Assembly (NCBI RefSeq): GCF_041687175.1
Contig: NZ_JAWLCK010000001.1
Coordinates: forward strand, 35,982 to 99,981
DNA: 64,000 bases
DNA from: Lutispora sp.
GTDB taxonomy: Bacteria > Bacillota > Clostridia > Lutisporales > Lutisporaceae
Direction: 5' to 3'
A model generated the notes under the pieces. It searched no databases. It was not told where the DNA came from and saw nothing but the letters and a program-made list of their open reading frames with translations. Below are positions 1 through 8,721 of this stretch, one piece after another. Position 1 is the first letter of the stretch. Every line of letters starts with the position of its first letter. The position numbers and the translations under genes were made by a program.

Positions 1-231
1 TGTAAACTCAGTTATCATATTGCCCATCCATGGGCCAAAAATTATTAGTGTCAATAATATTGTTATAAGCTTTGGTATAAATGAAAGAGTTGCTTCCTGT
101 ATTTGGGTTGTAGCCTGTATAATACTGACTAACAGGCCTACTAACAAACCTAAACCCAAAATGGGCGCTGAAATCATTACCGCAAGACTAATGGCTCTTT
201 GGGCTACATCCATTACTATACTTTGATCCAT
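1..231 (-). CDS. fliQ: Flagellar export apparatus protein FliQ (C-terminus cut by window edge)
   Basis: Not in the ORF track because it runs off the window. My reverse-complement translation from ATG at 231 gives MDQSIVMDVAQRAISLAVMISAPILGLGLLVGLLVSIIQATTQIQEATLSFIPKLITILLTLIIFGPWMGNMITEFT, open to base 1. GAGGTG SD lies 5 nt upstream. It directly follows fliP. Confidence 0.9.
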   Translation of the reverse strand, partial: MDQSIVMDVAQRAISLAVMISAPILGLGLLVGLLVSIIQATTQIQEATLSFIPKLITILLTLIIFGPWMGNMITEFT

Positions 232-252
232 AAAAACACCTCATTAATTTGA

Positions 253-1011
253 CTAAAAGCCTAATATTAAAGATCTAACAATAAGATTCCATCCATCTAC
301 CATCACAAATAGTAATATCTTAAAGGGCATGGAAATCATAACTGGAGGTAACATCATCATACCCATTGACATTAAAGTGCTGGCAACTACCATATCTATT
401 ATTAAAAAAGGTATGTAAAGAAAAAATCCTATTTGAAAAGCTGTTTTTAGCTCGCTTATTATAAAAGCAGGAATTAATGCTCTTGTTGGTATGTCGTCAA
501 GGCTTACTGTACTGTCAAGTTGACCAAGTTTTAAAAATAATGCCATATCTTTTTCCCTTGTATACTTAAACATAAAGTTTCTTATAGGCTTCATTGCACT
601 CTCTATAGCCTCTTCTTGAGAAATTTGTTCTTCCATAAAGGGCTTTATGGCTGTATCATTTATTTCAGTGAATACAGGAGTCATAATAAAAATAGTTAAA
701 AATAAAGCGAGCCCAATTAGTATTTGATTCGAAGGCATTTGCTGAGTTCCTAAAGCACTTCTGGTAAAAGACAATACTATAACTATTCTTGTAAATGAGG
801 TAAGCATAATCAGTATAGATGGTGCTAACGACAAAATTGTAAGTATAAACAATATTTGTAAGCTTAAAGCAACCTCCTGGGGTGATTCAGCAGCTTTTAC
901 ATTTAAATCGATATTAGGTATTGGTAAAGCTGGTTCAGCATATACAAAGCATCCTACCATCAGTGCAATTATAATAAAAAATAATAATTTTTTTAAAACT
1001 CTTTTATTCAT
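253..1011 (-). CDS. fliP: Flagellar export apparatus protein FliP
   Basis: ORF 253..1176 is over-extended. The internal ATG at 1011 gives MNKRVLKKLLFFIIIAL (signal/TM), then FliP-typical SFTRIVIVLSFTRSALGTQQMPSNQILIGLALFLTIFIM and LIPAFIISELKTAFQIGF. It overlaps the fliO end by 8 nt. Confidence 0.93.
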   Translation of the reverse strand: MNKRVLKKLLFFIIIALMVGCFVYAEPALPIPNIDLNVKAAESPQEVALSLQILFILTILSLAPSILIMLTSFTRIVIVLSFTRSALGTQQMPSNQILIGLALFLTIFIMTPVFTEINDTAIKPFMEEQISQEEAIESAMKPIRNFMFKYTREKDMALFLKLGQLDSTVSLDDIPTRALIPAFIISELKTAFQIGFFLYIPFLIIDMVVASTLMSMGMMMLPPVMISMPFKILLFVMVDGWNLIVRSLILGF

Positions 1012-1435
1012 TTCCTTTATTCCCTTTGATAATCTTATTGAGCTTCTTAATATTATGTTTAATACTGTTTCGACCACTAAATATATTTGTATTGTCATAA
1101 GCATTGTCCAAATAACTATCAAAGTCGCCATAGCTATCATCATTAGTAATTTGCTCTTTAAAAGATTCATCTGCAAGCTTGTCTACTAAACATATACCTT
1201 TTTGACTGCTTGATATTAAGTAATATTCATTGCATACTTTTATAATATGCAAATGTTTATCATTCCCTAATGCTAGAGTCTCAATAAGTTTCATAAATCT
1301 ATTTTTCCCTGAAGCTCTTCTGCCAATAAATCTGGAAAAATAATAACTGATACCTAATACTATGAAGAATACAATCAAGATGTAGATCATTTTCAAAAAA
1401 CTCATAAAACCATTTGATTCGTACAATCCATCCAT
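1004..1435 (-). CDS. fliO: Flagellar biosynthesis protein FliO (FliZ of Bacillus)
   Basis: Small protein with a single N-terminal TM (MIYILIVFFIVLGISYYF), then RFIGRR...LGNDKHLHIIKV..EYYLIS, typical of FliO. It sits between cheY and fliP as in Bacillus. The start could be the internal Met at 1405. Confidence 0.75.
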   Translation of the reverse strand: MDGLYESNGFMSFLKMIYILIVFFIVLGISYYFSRFIGRRASGKNRFMKLIETLALGNDKHLHIIKVCNEYYLISSSQKGICLVDKLADESFKEQITNDDSYGDFDSYLDNAYDNTNIFSGRNSIKHNIKKLNKIIKGNKGNE

Positions 1436-1439
1436 AGCT

Positions 1440-1802
1440 TTAACTTAATACCTTCTTTACTGCTTCAATTATCCTCTCAGCTTGAAATGGTTTTACAATA
1501 AAATCCTTTGCACCCGCTTGAATGGCTTCTATTACCATTGCTTGTTGTCCCATAGCAGAGCACATGATAATTTTTGCTGAAGGATTTATTTTTTTTATTT
1601 CCTTAACAGCCTGTATTCCGTCTACTTCAGGCATAGTTATATCCATAATTACAAGTTCAGGAGAAAGTTCTTTATATTTTTCAACAGCCTTTAGCCCATT
1701 TTCAGCCTCTCCAGCGATTGTAAAACCATTCTTAACTAGTACGTCTTTTATCATCATTCTCATAAATGCAGCATCATCTACAATTAAAATACCATTAGCC
1801 AT
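1440..1802 (-). CDS. cheY: Chemotaxis response regulator CheY
   Basis: 120-aa stand-alone receiver domain: ILIVDDAAFMR, phospho-acceptor context VIMDITMPEVDG, KPF near the C-terminus. It sits between fliY and fliO as in the Bacillus fla/che operon. Confidence 0.92.
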   Translation of the reverse strand: MANGILIVDDAAFMRMMIKDVLVKNGFTIAGEAENGLKAVEKYKELSPELVIMDITMPEVDGIQAVKEIKKINPSAKIIMCSAMGQQAMVIEAIQAGAKDFIVKPFQAERIIEAVKKVLS

Positions 1803-1839
1803 TCTATATCCTCCTAGTCCTTACTAATATATTATAACA

Positions 1840-2928
1840 TTATACTTTCTTAAGTCTTTTACTGGGACTCACAATATCGGTTATGCGTACACCAAAGCTC
1901 TCATCAATAACAACTACCTCAGCTTTAGCAATAAACTTTCCATTTACAATAACATCTACAGGCTCGCCTGCAAGCCTATCTAGTTCAACAACAGTACCAG
2001 GTCCAAATTCTAATATATCTTTTATCAACCTTTTTGTTCTCCCTAGTTCCACTGTTATTTCAAGTGGAACATCCATAATCAAATCAATATTCTCTTTATT
2101 ACTATTTATATTATCTTTATCAAATTCTTCAAATTGTACAGGTTGAATCTGAACATGATGCATATCAGTCTTTTTTGCTTCTGGAATATCGTCATCATGT
2201 CTTACACTTTTATCTACTATTCGACTTTTATCTGGTAATTCCTTCTTATCTATTTCTATTTCTTCATTATCTGCTTTAGGATTTAGTAAGTCCTTCACCA
2301 TTTTTTTTGCAAAATCTACAGGTATAAGCTGCATTATCTCACTATCAAGAACACCTTCAACTTCCATTTTGAACGCGACTCTCACAATTGAATCATTGAA
2401 ACTAAACTTCATAGGGTTCGATTCTTTAAAACTCATTAAAAATGCTTTCGGTGGAGATATGTTGATACTCTTGTTAAATATACTGGATAATGAAGTAGAT
2501 GACGAGCCTATCATTTGATTCATAGCTTCACCTATAGCACTTAAATGCAAATCATTTATATCTCCTTCAATATTATGACCGTCCCCACCCATCATCAGAT
2601 CCGTAATTATTTTTACATCCTCTTCTTTAAGAATTAATAGATTAGAGCCTTCAAAACCCTCAGTAAATTTAACCTCAACTGCTACATAAGGGATAGGATA
2701 CTCCCTCACTAAATCATCCCAAGTCATTACACTAACCTTTGGAGTAGTTATAGTAACTTTATTATTCAACAGCGCAAATAAAGTTGTGGCTGATGTACCC
2801 ATGCTAATATTACCAATTTCCCCTATAGCATCAACTTCTTCCGGGGTAAGAACCGCATCGCTTTGATTGTTTCCTCTTAATAGAGCATCTATTTCTTCTT
2901 GTGTAAGCATATCACTCATCTGCCTCAT
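1840..2928 (-). CDS. fliY: Flagellar motor switch protein/phosphatase FliY (CheC-like N domain + FliN C domain)
   Basis: N-terminal LTQEEIDALLRG motif, CheC-like repeats (GEIGNISMGTSATTL, IGEAMNQMIGSSSTSL) and a C-terminal FliN/SpoA domain (PLEITVELGRTKRLIKDILEFGPGTVVELDRLAGEPVDVIVNGKFIAKAEVVVIDESFGVRI). Start is ambiguous (ATGs at 2928, 2919, 2910); GGAG is best spaced for 2919. Confidence 0.9.
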   Translation of the reverse strand: MRQMSDMLTQEEIDALLRGNNQSDAVLTPEEVDAIGEIGNISMGTSATTLFALLNNKVTITTPKVSVMTWDDLVREYPIPYVAVEVKFTEGFEGSNLLILKEEDVKIITDLMMGGDGHNIEGDINDLHLSAIGEAMNQMIGSSSTSLSSIFNKSINISPPKAFLMSFKESNPMKFSFNDSIVRVAFKMEVEGVLDSEIMQLIPVDFAKKMVKDLLNPKADNEEIEIDKKELPDKSRIVDKSVRHDDDIPEAKKTDMHHVQIQPVQFEEFDKDNINSNKENIDLIMDVPLEITVELGRTKRLIKDILEFGPGTVVELDRLAGEPVDVIVNGKFIAKAEVVVIDESFGVRITDIVSPSKRLKKV

Positions 2929-3907
2929 CTCCTCTCTTCTCTATTCTAGTAACTTTAACCGCAACTTTATTTTTCTTCAATCCAGGATAACAGTAGAATT
3001 TCAGATTATTTCCTATAAAGACTGCCAATTCTTCATTTATTGGCTTGTCTAATAAGACAACATCCCCTACCTGAAGGTTTAATATATCTTTTATACTCAA
3101 AACAGCTTTACCCAAAACTACACTTAAGGGTAAGTATGTCCTCTCTATTCTTTTCTCCAAATTTTGCATTTCACTTGCTGAAACTTCCTTTGTAAGGCCA
3201 GAAAACCAGAATTTAGTTGTAAGTTTCGCAATAATAGGCTCAATAACTATATGAGGTATACATATATGAATTGACCCTTCTACAGATCCAATCTTCACAT
3301 TTAAAGTTACTAAAGCTATGGTTTCATTAGGTGACATTATCTGGGCAAACTGAGTATTTGTTTCTATATTTTTGAGTTTAGGCTTTAGCTCAGCTACATT
3401 TTTCCATGGGTCCTTGTATAAGTTTAAAACCTGATTAAGAACCTTTTCAATAATAGTTAATTCTATCTCTGTAAATACACGATTCTTTTCATAGACCTGC
3501 CCAGCTCCTCCTAGAATTCTATCTATCATTGTAAAACTAATTGTCGGACTTATTTCTAATAATATTGACCCACTTAGTGGCAAAAAATCAACTACCCCAA
3601 GAGTAGATGGGTTTGGCATTGAGTTGCTGAACTCATAATAAGTTAGTTGATCAACCGAAACAACCTCTACTTGAACTAAAGATCTCAAATACCCTGACAA
3701 ATATGTCTGCAAAAGTCGTGAAAAGTTATCATGTATCATCTGCAGAGTCCTTAACTGGTCCTTTGCAAACTTATTTGGTATTTTGAAATCATATGTTCTT
3801 ACTTTTCTTTCTTCTTTTTCTTCTTTGATTTCTTTTACATCTAATTCTCCAGTATTTAACGCATTTAATAAAGCATCGATTTCAACTTGTGATAATACTT
3901 CGGTCAA
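2912..3907 (-). CDS. fliM: Flagellar motor switch protein FliM
   Basis: N-terminal CheY-P binding motif LSQVEIDALL, FliM middle domain and a C-terminal SpoA-like domain (LSIKDILNLQVGDVVLLDKPINEELAVFIGNNLKF). Sits upstream of fliY. Confidence 0.93.
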   Translation of the reverse strand: MTEVLSQVEIDALLNALNTGELDVKEIKEEKEERKVRTYDFKIPNKFAKDQLRTLQMIHDNFSRLLQTYLSGYLRSLVQVEVVSVDQLTYYEFSNSMPNPSTLGVVDFLPLSGSILLEISPTISFTMIDRILGGAGQVYEKNRVFTEIELTIIEKVLNQVLNLYKDPWKNVAELKPKLKNIETNTQFAQIMSPNETIALVTLNVKIGSVEGSIHICIPHIVIEPIIAKLTTKFWFSGLTKEVSASEMQNLEKRIERTYLPLSVVLGKAVLSIKDILNLQVGDVVLLDKPINEELAVFIGNNLKFYCYPGLKKNKVAVKVTRIEKRGDEADE

Positions 3908-3923
3908 TAGTTGCCACCTCCTG

Positions 3924-4355
3924 TTATTGGATTATGAACTCATCGAAATATACATTAAGCACCTTTTCAGTGTTAAGTAGTTTCCTGGTTACATTTAATA
4001 TTTCCTTTTGGAGATTCGATTGACCTTCCGACCCTTTTAAGTCTTCTTCGGTTTTTCCCCTTAGAAGCAGATTTATCTCATGTCGTATCTCAGGGTTTCT
4101 TGCTTTTACAATTTCTTGTATTTTTGAGTTTGAAAGCTCCATCTTAATGGTGACTTTAAGTATCCTATTACTATCTTTTACATTGCTTATAAATGATTCA
4201 TCGAATGAGTACATAATAATATTCTTATTTATTTTTAAAGATTCTTCTTCTCCTCCAATGTTTTTTTGCATAAAAAACACTGTTAACCCAAATGTTATAA
4301 CTATAATTAATATAATAACTATAATAAGTAAAATATTTTTCTTTATCAACTTCAA
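3924..4355 (-). CDS. fliL: Flagellar basal body-associated protein FliL
   Basis: 143 aa with a single N-terminal TM (ILLIIVIILIIVITFGLTVFF), then a FliL-like body (ILKVTIKMELSN...IRHEINLLLRGKT.EDL). Sits between motB and fliM. Confidence 0.85.
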   Translation of the reverse strand: MKLIKKNILLIIVIILIIVITFGLTVFFMQKNIGGEEESLKINKNIIMYSFDESFISNVKDSNRILKVTIKMELSNSKIQEIVKARNPEIRHEINLLLRGKTEEDLKGSEGQSNLQKEILNVTRKLLNTEKVLNVYFDEFIIQ

Positions 4356-4379
4356 CCCTCCATATTAATATAGGTTAGG

Positions 4380-5090
4380 TTAGTTCCCATTTGACTCAGA
4401 ATTTATAATCACAATATCCACTCTTCTATTATTCTGCCTTCCTTCTGCAGTGTCGTTTGTGTCTATTGGATGGTACTCGCCGTATCCAACAGCTGATAAT
4501 CTCCATGGCTCAATATTTCTAACTTCAATCAAATATTTAAGCACATTCACAGCCCTTGTAGTTGAAAGCTCCCAATTTGAAGGAAACTTTTCCGTATTTA
4601 TAGGTACATTGTCTGTATGTCCTTCAATTCTAATGTTTTTACCACTTTCCATTATTACATCAGAGATCATTTCTATGATATACTTTGCTTCATTCTTTAT
4701 CTCTGCTTTGCCGGAATCAAACAGTGTTGCATCTAATAATCTTACAAGCAATCCTCTCTCATCAAGAATAAGGGACACACTCTTTTCCAAATTATTCTCT
4801 TTAATAAAATCGTCCATTTGCTCCTTTATTCTTTTAAAATCATTTTCCTCATCCCTTGTGTCTCCAGGAAAAGTATTTATAAGAGGGTCTACCTGTACAA
4901 TGACTCCTGAATCCAACACACCCAAAGAACCTTGCATAGATTGTATAATAGCCTTAAACTTATTGTTATCGATTGTAGAAAAAGAGAATAACAAAACAAA
5001 GAAACAAAGCAATAAAGTTACAAGATCTCCATAAGTGGTCATCCATTCTGGGGAGCCTTTGTTGCTATCTTCAGGCTTTCTTCTTGCCAT
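4380..5090 (-). CDS. motB: Flagellar stator protein MotB (OmpA-like peptidoglycan-binding domain)
   Basis: TM segment carrying the conserved Asp (WMTTYGDLVTLLLCFFVLLF). OmpA-like C-terminus (IRIEGHTDNVPI...NWELSTTRAVNVLKYL...GYGEYHPI..N.T.EGRQNNRRVDIV). Confidence 0.93.
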   Translation of the reverse strand: MARRKPEDSNKGSPEWMTTYGDLVTLLLCFFVLLFSFSTIDNNKFKAIIQSMQGSLGVLDSGVIVQVDPLINTFPGDTRDEENDFKRIKEQMDDFIKENNLEKSVSLILDERGLLVRLLDATLFDSGKAEIKNEAKYIIEMISDVIMESGKNIRIEGHTDNVPINTEKFPSNWELSTTRAVNVLKYLIEVRNIEPWRLSAVGYGEYHPIDTNDTAEGRQNNRRVDIVIINSESNGN

Positions 5091-5092
5091 TA

Positions 5093-5884
5093 TTATTCAA
5101 CTCCCTCATTTTGTTCTTTCTCTTTTTTCATATTTTTTCTTATCGTTGGAGATAAAAAGGCTTTTAGCTTTTCTTCAATTATTCTCGGATTCTCTCCAGC
5201 TTGTATTGAAAGCATACCCTCAAGCATCACGTCTTTTAGAAGTATTTCCTGAGAACTTCTAATTCTAAGTTTGTTAGCAACCGGAGTGCAGAACAAATTA
5301 GCTATTAATGATCCATAAAATGTTGTAACAATTGCTACTGCCATATTTGGTCCCACGGAAGAAGGATCTGTAAGATTAGCCAGCATGTTTATCAAGCCTA
5401 TGAGAGTTCCAATCATACCAAAACCTGGTCCTAACGCTCCCATGACTTCATATACATTCTGATTTCCTTTATGTCTATCTTCTATGAAAGCCAATTCAGT
5501 TTCTAAAATATTCCTCACAAGTTCCGGATCGGTTCCATCTACTATAAGCATAATACCTTTTTGCAAGAACTCATCCTCAATTTGCATAGCTGCTTCCTCT
5601 AACGCAAGAAGCCCTTCCTTTCTTGCTATATTAGCCAGATCTATAATAGATTTAATAATGTCATCCGAGTCGTAGTGTTTATAAAAGAATACATATTTAA
5701 TTGATTTTAGAGCATCTTTTATGCTGCTTAATGGAAACGCAAAAACAACAGCTGAAAAAGTACCTCCAAAAGTAATAAGTACAGAATTAAAATCTATATA
5801 ACCCATTATATTGCCGCTGGCTAATATAGAAAATACTATAAAGAATAATCCTAATATCAGTCCGGCAAAAGATGCTATGTCCAA
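5093..5884 (-). CDS. motA: Flagellar stator protein MotA
   Basis: Four-TM MotA/TolQ/ExbB-type channel protein (GALGPGFGMIGTLIGLINML, AVAIVTTFYGSLIANLFCTPVANKL). Immediately upstream of motB. Confidence 0.93.
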   Translation of the reverse strand: MDIASFAGLILGLFFIVFSILASGNIMGYIDFNSVLITFGGTFSAVVFAFPLSSIKDALKSIKYVFFYKHYDSDDIIKSIIDLANIARKEGLLALEEAAMQIEDEFLQKGIMLIVDGTDPELVRNILETELAFIEDRHKGNQNVYEVMGALGPGFGMIGTLIGLINMLANLTDPSSVGPNMAVAIVTTFYGSLIANLFCTPVANKLRIRSSQEILLKDVMLEGMLSIQAGENPRIIEEKLKAFLSPTIRKNMKKEKEQNEGVE

Positions 5885-5906
5885 TTAACTGCACCTCTTT
5901 TCACAC

Positions 5907-6113
5907 TTAATCTTTTATTAATAAATCTTCATTAGTAAACACTCTTCTTTTAAATTCAATAATTCTATCAATTACTTCACTTGCTTTTTCTAAAACTACA
6001 TATTTTTTCCCATCCCTCAGAGTAATTACAGTGTCTGGTGTTTCTTCAATTATTTCAATTAAGTCAAAGTTTATATAATATTCTTTTCCATTTAACCTTG
6101 TAACTTTAATCAT
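5907..6113 (-). CDS. flbD: Flagellar protein FlbD
   Basis: 68 aa, MIKVTRLNGKEYYIN.DLIE.IEETPDTVITL..GKKYVV.E, the FlbD signature. Sits between flgE and motA, as in clostridial and spirochaete fla operons. Confidence 0.88.
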   Translation of the reverse strand: MIKVTRLNGKEYYINFDLIEIIEETPDTVITLRDGKKYVVLEKASEVIDRIIEFKRRVFTNEDLLIKD

Positions 6114-6133
6114 CTAATCGCATCCTTTTTATA

Positions 6134-6160
6134 TAGTCCCTGGGCACAGCCCAGGGACTA
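6134..6160 (-). other. Perfect 12-bp GC-rich stem-loop immediately 3' of flgE (no U-tract)
   Basis: TAGTCCCTGGGC-aca-GCCCAGGGACTA, 8 nt after the flgE stop and 20 nt before the flbD ATG. It is followed on the coding strand by TATAAAAAGG, so it is not a canonical intrinsic terminator. Confidence 0.6.
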
Positions 6161-6168
6161 TTACCTCA

Positions 6169-7608
6169 TTATCTCTTCATATTAACTAACTCTTGAAGCA
6201 TCTCATCAGATGTAGTAATAATTCTGGAGTTGGCTTGGAAGCCTCTCTGGGTAGTTATCATCTCTGTAAATTCGGCTGATATATCAACATTGGACATCTC
6301 TAAAGTCCCTGGATTTAAAGCTCCTAACCCGCTGCTGCCTGGAATGCCGTATATAGGTTCTCCAGAGTTTGGGCTAACCTGGTACATATTTTCTGATGTT
6401 TTCTCCAATCCTGCTGGATTCTTAAATGCTGCCAAGGCTATCTGTCCTATAACTCTGCTTTGGCCATTGGTGAATATCCCAAAAATTTCTCCTGACTGAC
6501 CAATGCTGAATGTATCCAGGTAGCCCTGTGGGTAACCACTCTTGTTTGTTATTGATGCAGTTGAATCATTTGCAAACTGGGTTAAGCCTTCAAAATTTAC
6601 ATCAATCTCCATATCGTCAAATATCTGATTTCCATCTGCATCTTGTCCCGGTATCACCAGTGTGATTTTACTAACCTTATCGGGATCATTAGTAATTAAT
6701 TTACCATCTGAATCAAACTTAATCGGAATTACAATTTCATCAAGAGTTGGCGGGTCACTTACAGTAGTAGTATCATCTTTAGCAAAATAACTCATATCAT
6801 CTAAATTTTGAACTATTACACCCCATTCATTATCGCTGCCTACAGTTGAACCATCTGCCAATCCTCGAATAAATGTAAACTTAACCTTATGCTGTCCTCC
6901 TAAGCTATCATAGAAAACCGAAGTTGTTTCTCTAAACTTTACACCACCACTAAACTCCAATGATTTATCAGCAGCAATGCTAATATAATCAGAAGGATCA
7001 GAAAGTGTTGTACCATCTTCTTCATACATAGGTATTCTTGCTATATCTTTATCCAAATTTCCTTCCATTGTGGCACTATCTGTAGCCATAGCTGGGAAGG
7101 ATTTGGATTTTGATATTACAATACCTTCCATAACACCTTTCAACACTGTAGATCCATCTGGAGCAGGATTCCTTTCTTCATCTTCCATATAGCCAAGCAC
7201 TCTGTAACCATTTGAAGCAACTAAATTGCCGTATTCATCCAATTTAAAATTTCCTGCTCTCGTATATGTTCTGTTTAGAAAATCACTGCTATTGGAAAGT
7301 ATAAAAAACCCGTCACCGTTGATAGCCAAATCAGTGTTATTGTCAGTTCTTTGAACAGCACCCCTGATATGGAAAGTATCAATTGATGATAATGAAATTC
7401 CTAAACCTATTTGCTGAGGGTTAGTGCCTCCTCTTCCAAGTTGAGGCGAGCTTGCACCTTTTATGGTCTGGTTAAAAACCTCCTGGAAGGTTGCTCTTTG
7501 GCTTTTAAAACCAACGGTATTCACATTTGATATATTGTTGCCTATTACATCCATTTTCAGCTGATGGGCTCTCAGCCCTGATACACCTGAAAACATAGAT
7601 CTCATCAT
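6169..7608 (-). CDS. flgE: Flagellar hook protein FlgE
   Basis: N-terminal rod/hook motif MRSMFSGVSGLRAHQLKMDVIGNNISNVNTVGFK. C-terminal LEMSNVDISAEFTEMITTQRGFQANSRIITTSDEMLQELVNMKR. Follows flgD and the small operon protein. Confidence 0.92.
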   Translation of the reverse strand: MMRSMFSGVSGLRAHQLKMDVIGNNISNVNTVGFKSQRATFQEVFNQTIKGASSPQLGRGGTNPQQIGLGISLSSIDTFHIRGAVQRTDNNTDLAINGDGFFILSNSSDFLNRTYTRAGNFKLDEYGNLVASNGYRVLGYMEDEERNPAPDGSTVLKGVMEGIVISKSKSFPAMATDSATMEGNLDKDIARIPMYEEDGTTLSDPSDYISIAADKSLEFSGGVKFRETTSVFYDSLGGQHKVKFTFIRGLADGSTVGSDNEWGVIVQNLDDMSYFAKDDTTTVSDPPTLDEIVIPIKFDSDGKLITNDPDKVSKITLVIPGQDADGNQIFDDMEIDVNFEGLTQFANDSTASITNKSGYPQGYLDTFSIGQSGEIFGIFTNGQSRVIGQIALAAFKNPAGLEKTSENMYQVSPNSGEPIYGIPGSSGLGALNPGTLEMSNVDISAEFTEMITTQRGFQANSRIITTSDEMLQELVNMKR

Positions 7609-7688
7609 AGAATATTCGACCTCCTGTTTGCTTTAATATCCCTTCATCTGTCGTTCAGAAGGGTTAAGCCTCCTATAAAAGGTCCGGC

Positions 7689-8081
7689 TTATATAATTAT
7701 GGCTCCATCAATATTAGTAAAAATATTATCCTTTAAAGACTCTTCTGTTGCTGCAGTAATAATTGTTTTACTCTTCACATTGGCTATCAATGCGGTACTG
7801 CCCAGAATTATCAAGGTATCCTTTACACCCTTTTTTGCTGCTTTTTCAACAGCTTTATTAATATTATCTATATCGTTTTGAGAAAGCTTTACATTTCTTG
7901 ACATAAGTCTCTCTTGTGCATGTTTTGAAAATTTAACACTCTCATGCTGCTTTATCTTTTCATATAAGATATTCTCAAAACCAATATTCTGCTTGATGGA
8001 AGGCTTGTCCTGGGTATTGATTTTATTGTTACTGCCAACAGGTATTATGTTTCTGTTTATGTTTATCTTAAAATCGTTCAT
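7689..8081 (-). CDS. Small 'flagellar operon protein' (TIGR02530-like, function unknown)
   Basis: 130 aa with FSKHAQERLMSRNV...KGVKDTLIILGSTALIANVKSKTIITA...IFTNIDGAIII, which I recognise as the conserved small protein between flgD and flgE in Firmicutes. Family assignment is from memory only. Confidence 0.65.
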   Translation of the reverse strand: MNDFKININRNIIPVGSNNKINTQDKPSIKQNIGFENILYEKIKQHESVKFSKHAQERLMSRNVKLSQNDIDNINKAVEKAAKKGVKDTLIILGSTALIANVKSKTIITAATEESLKDNIFTNIDGAIII

Positions 8082-8101
8082 GATATCACCTCAACAGTTT
8101 C

Positions 8102-8710
8102 TCATCTAACTTCGTAAATTTCATCGAGGGATAGTTCATATTCACCTACAACTAATTTAATGTTGCCTTCTACGCTTTTAATTGATTCTACTGTTCCGGT
8201 TATTTCAACACCATCTCTTTTAGCTTTTACTTCTTTTCCCAGCATGCTATATGCCATATTGAATCTAATATTCTGCAGCATTATGCTATTTTGTTCCACA
8301 GCGTTTATTAAATCTGCTACCTCATTAACAGACTCGTAGGGTATTTCTTTTGAATCTACCACCAGATAAGCTTCATCTCCAACTATTCTAACGCTATCAA
8401 CAATCCCTGTTACATCCTGTAACTCGCCGGTTTCACTGCTTATGGTTGCGCTTATCAATTTGCCAACCATCCCATATGCTGAATTGAGCCTTGCAATCTT
8501 GTTTGTATTTTGTGCTTGTTCTAAGCTTGTGAATTGAGCCATCTGGGATATAAATTCCTTGTCATCCATTGGTTCTAAAGGATTTTGGTATCTCAGTTGA
8601 GTTACTAACAGATTTAAAAAAGCATCCTTGTTTAAAGAATCAGTGTATTCTTTTGCTTTATTGTTACTGTATACTGTGTTTGTATTACCTGTAACACCAT
8701 TTACGCCCAC
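8102..8710 (-). CDS. flgD: Flagellar hook assembly/capping protein FlgD
   Basis: LNKDAFLNLLVTQLRYQNPLEPMDDKEFISQMAQFTSLEQ is the FlgD N-terminal signature, followed by a beta-rich C-terminus. Sits downstream of fliK. Confidence 0.9.
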   Translation of the reverse strand: MGVNGVTGNTNTVYSNNKAKEYTDSLNKDAFLNLLVTQLRYQNPLEPMDDKEFISQMAQFTSLEQAQNTNKIARLNSAYGMVGKLISATISSETGELQDVTGIVDSVRIVGDEAYLVVDSKEIPYESVNEVADLINAVEQNSIMLQNIRFNMAYSMLGKEVKAKRDGVEITGTVESIKSVEGNIKLVVGEYELSLDEIYEVR

Positions 8711-8721
8711 TTTTTCACCTC

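Noticed and set aside
1012-1176. N-terminal extensions in the ORF track for fliP. The same occurs for rplS (to 30302), smc (to 38722), ffh (to 33515), ylxM (to 33894), spoVS (to 39076), tmcAL (from 50128), comM (from 23934), rpmB (from 59717) and rpmF (to 48118).
   Set aside because: The extensions lack family similarity, overlap upstream genes or promoters, and internal starts have proper SD spacing. They are longest-ORF artefacts, not unusual protein isoforms.
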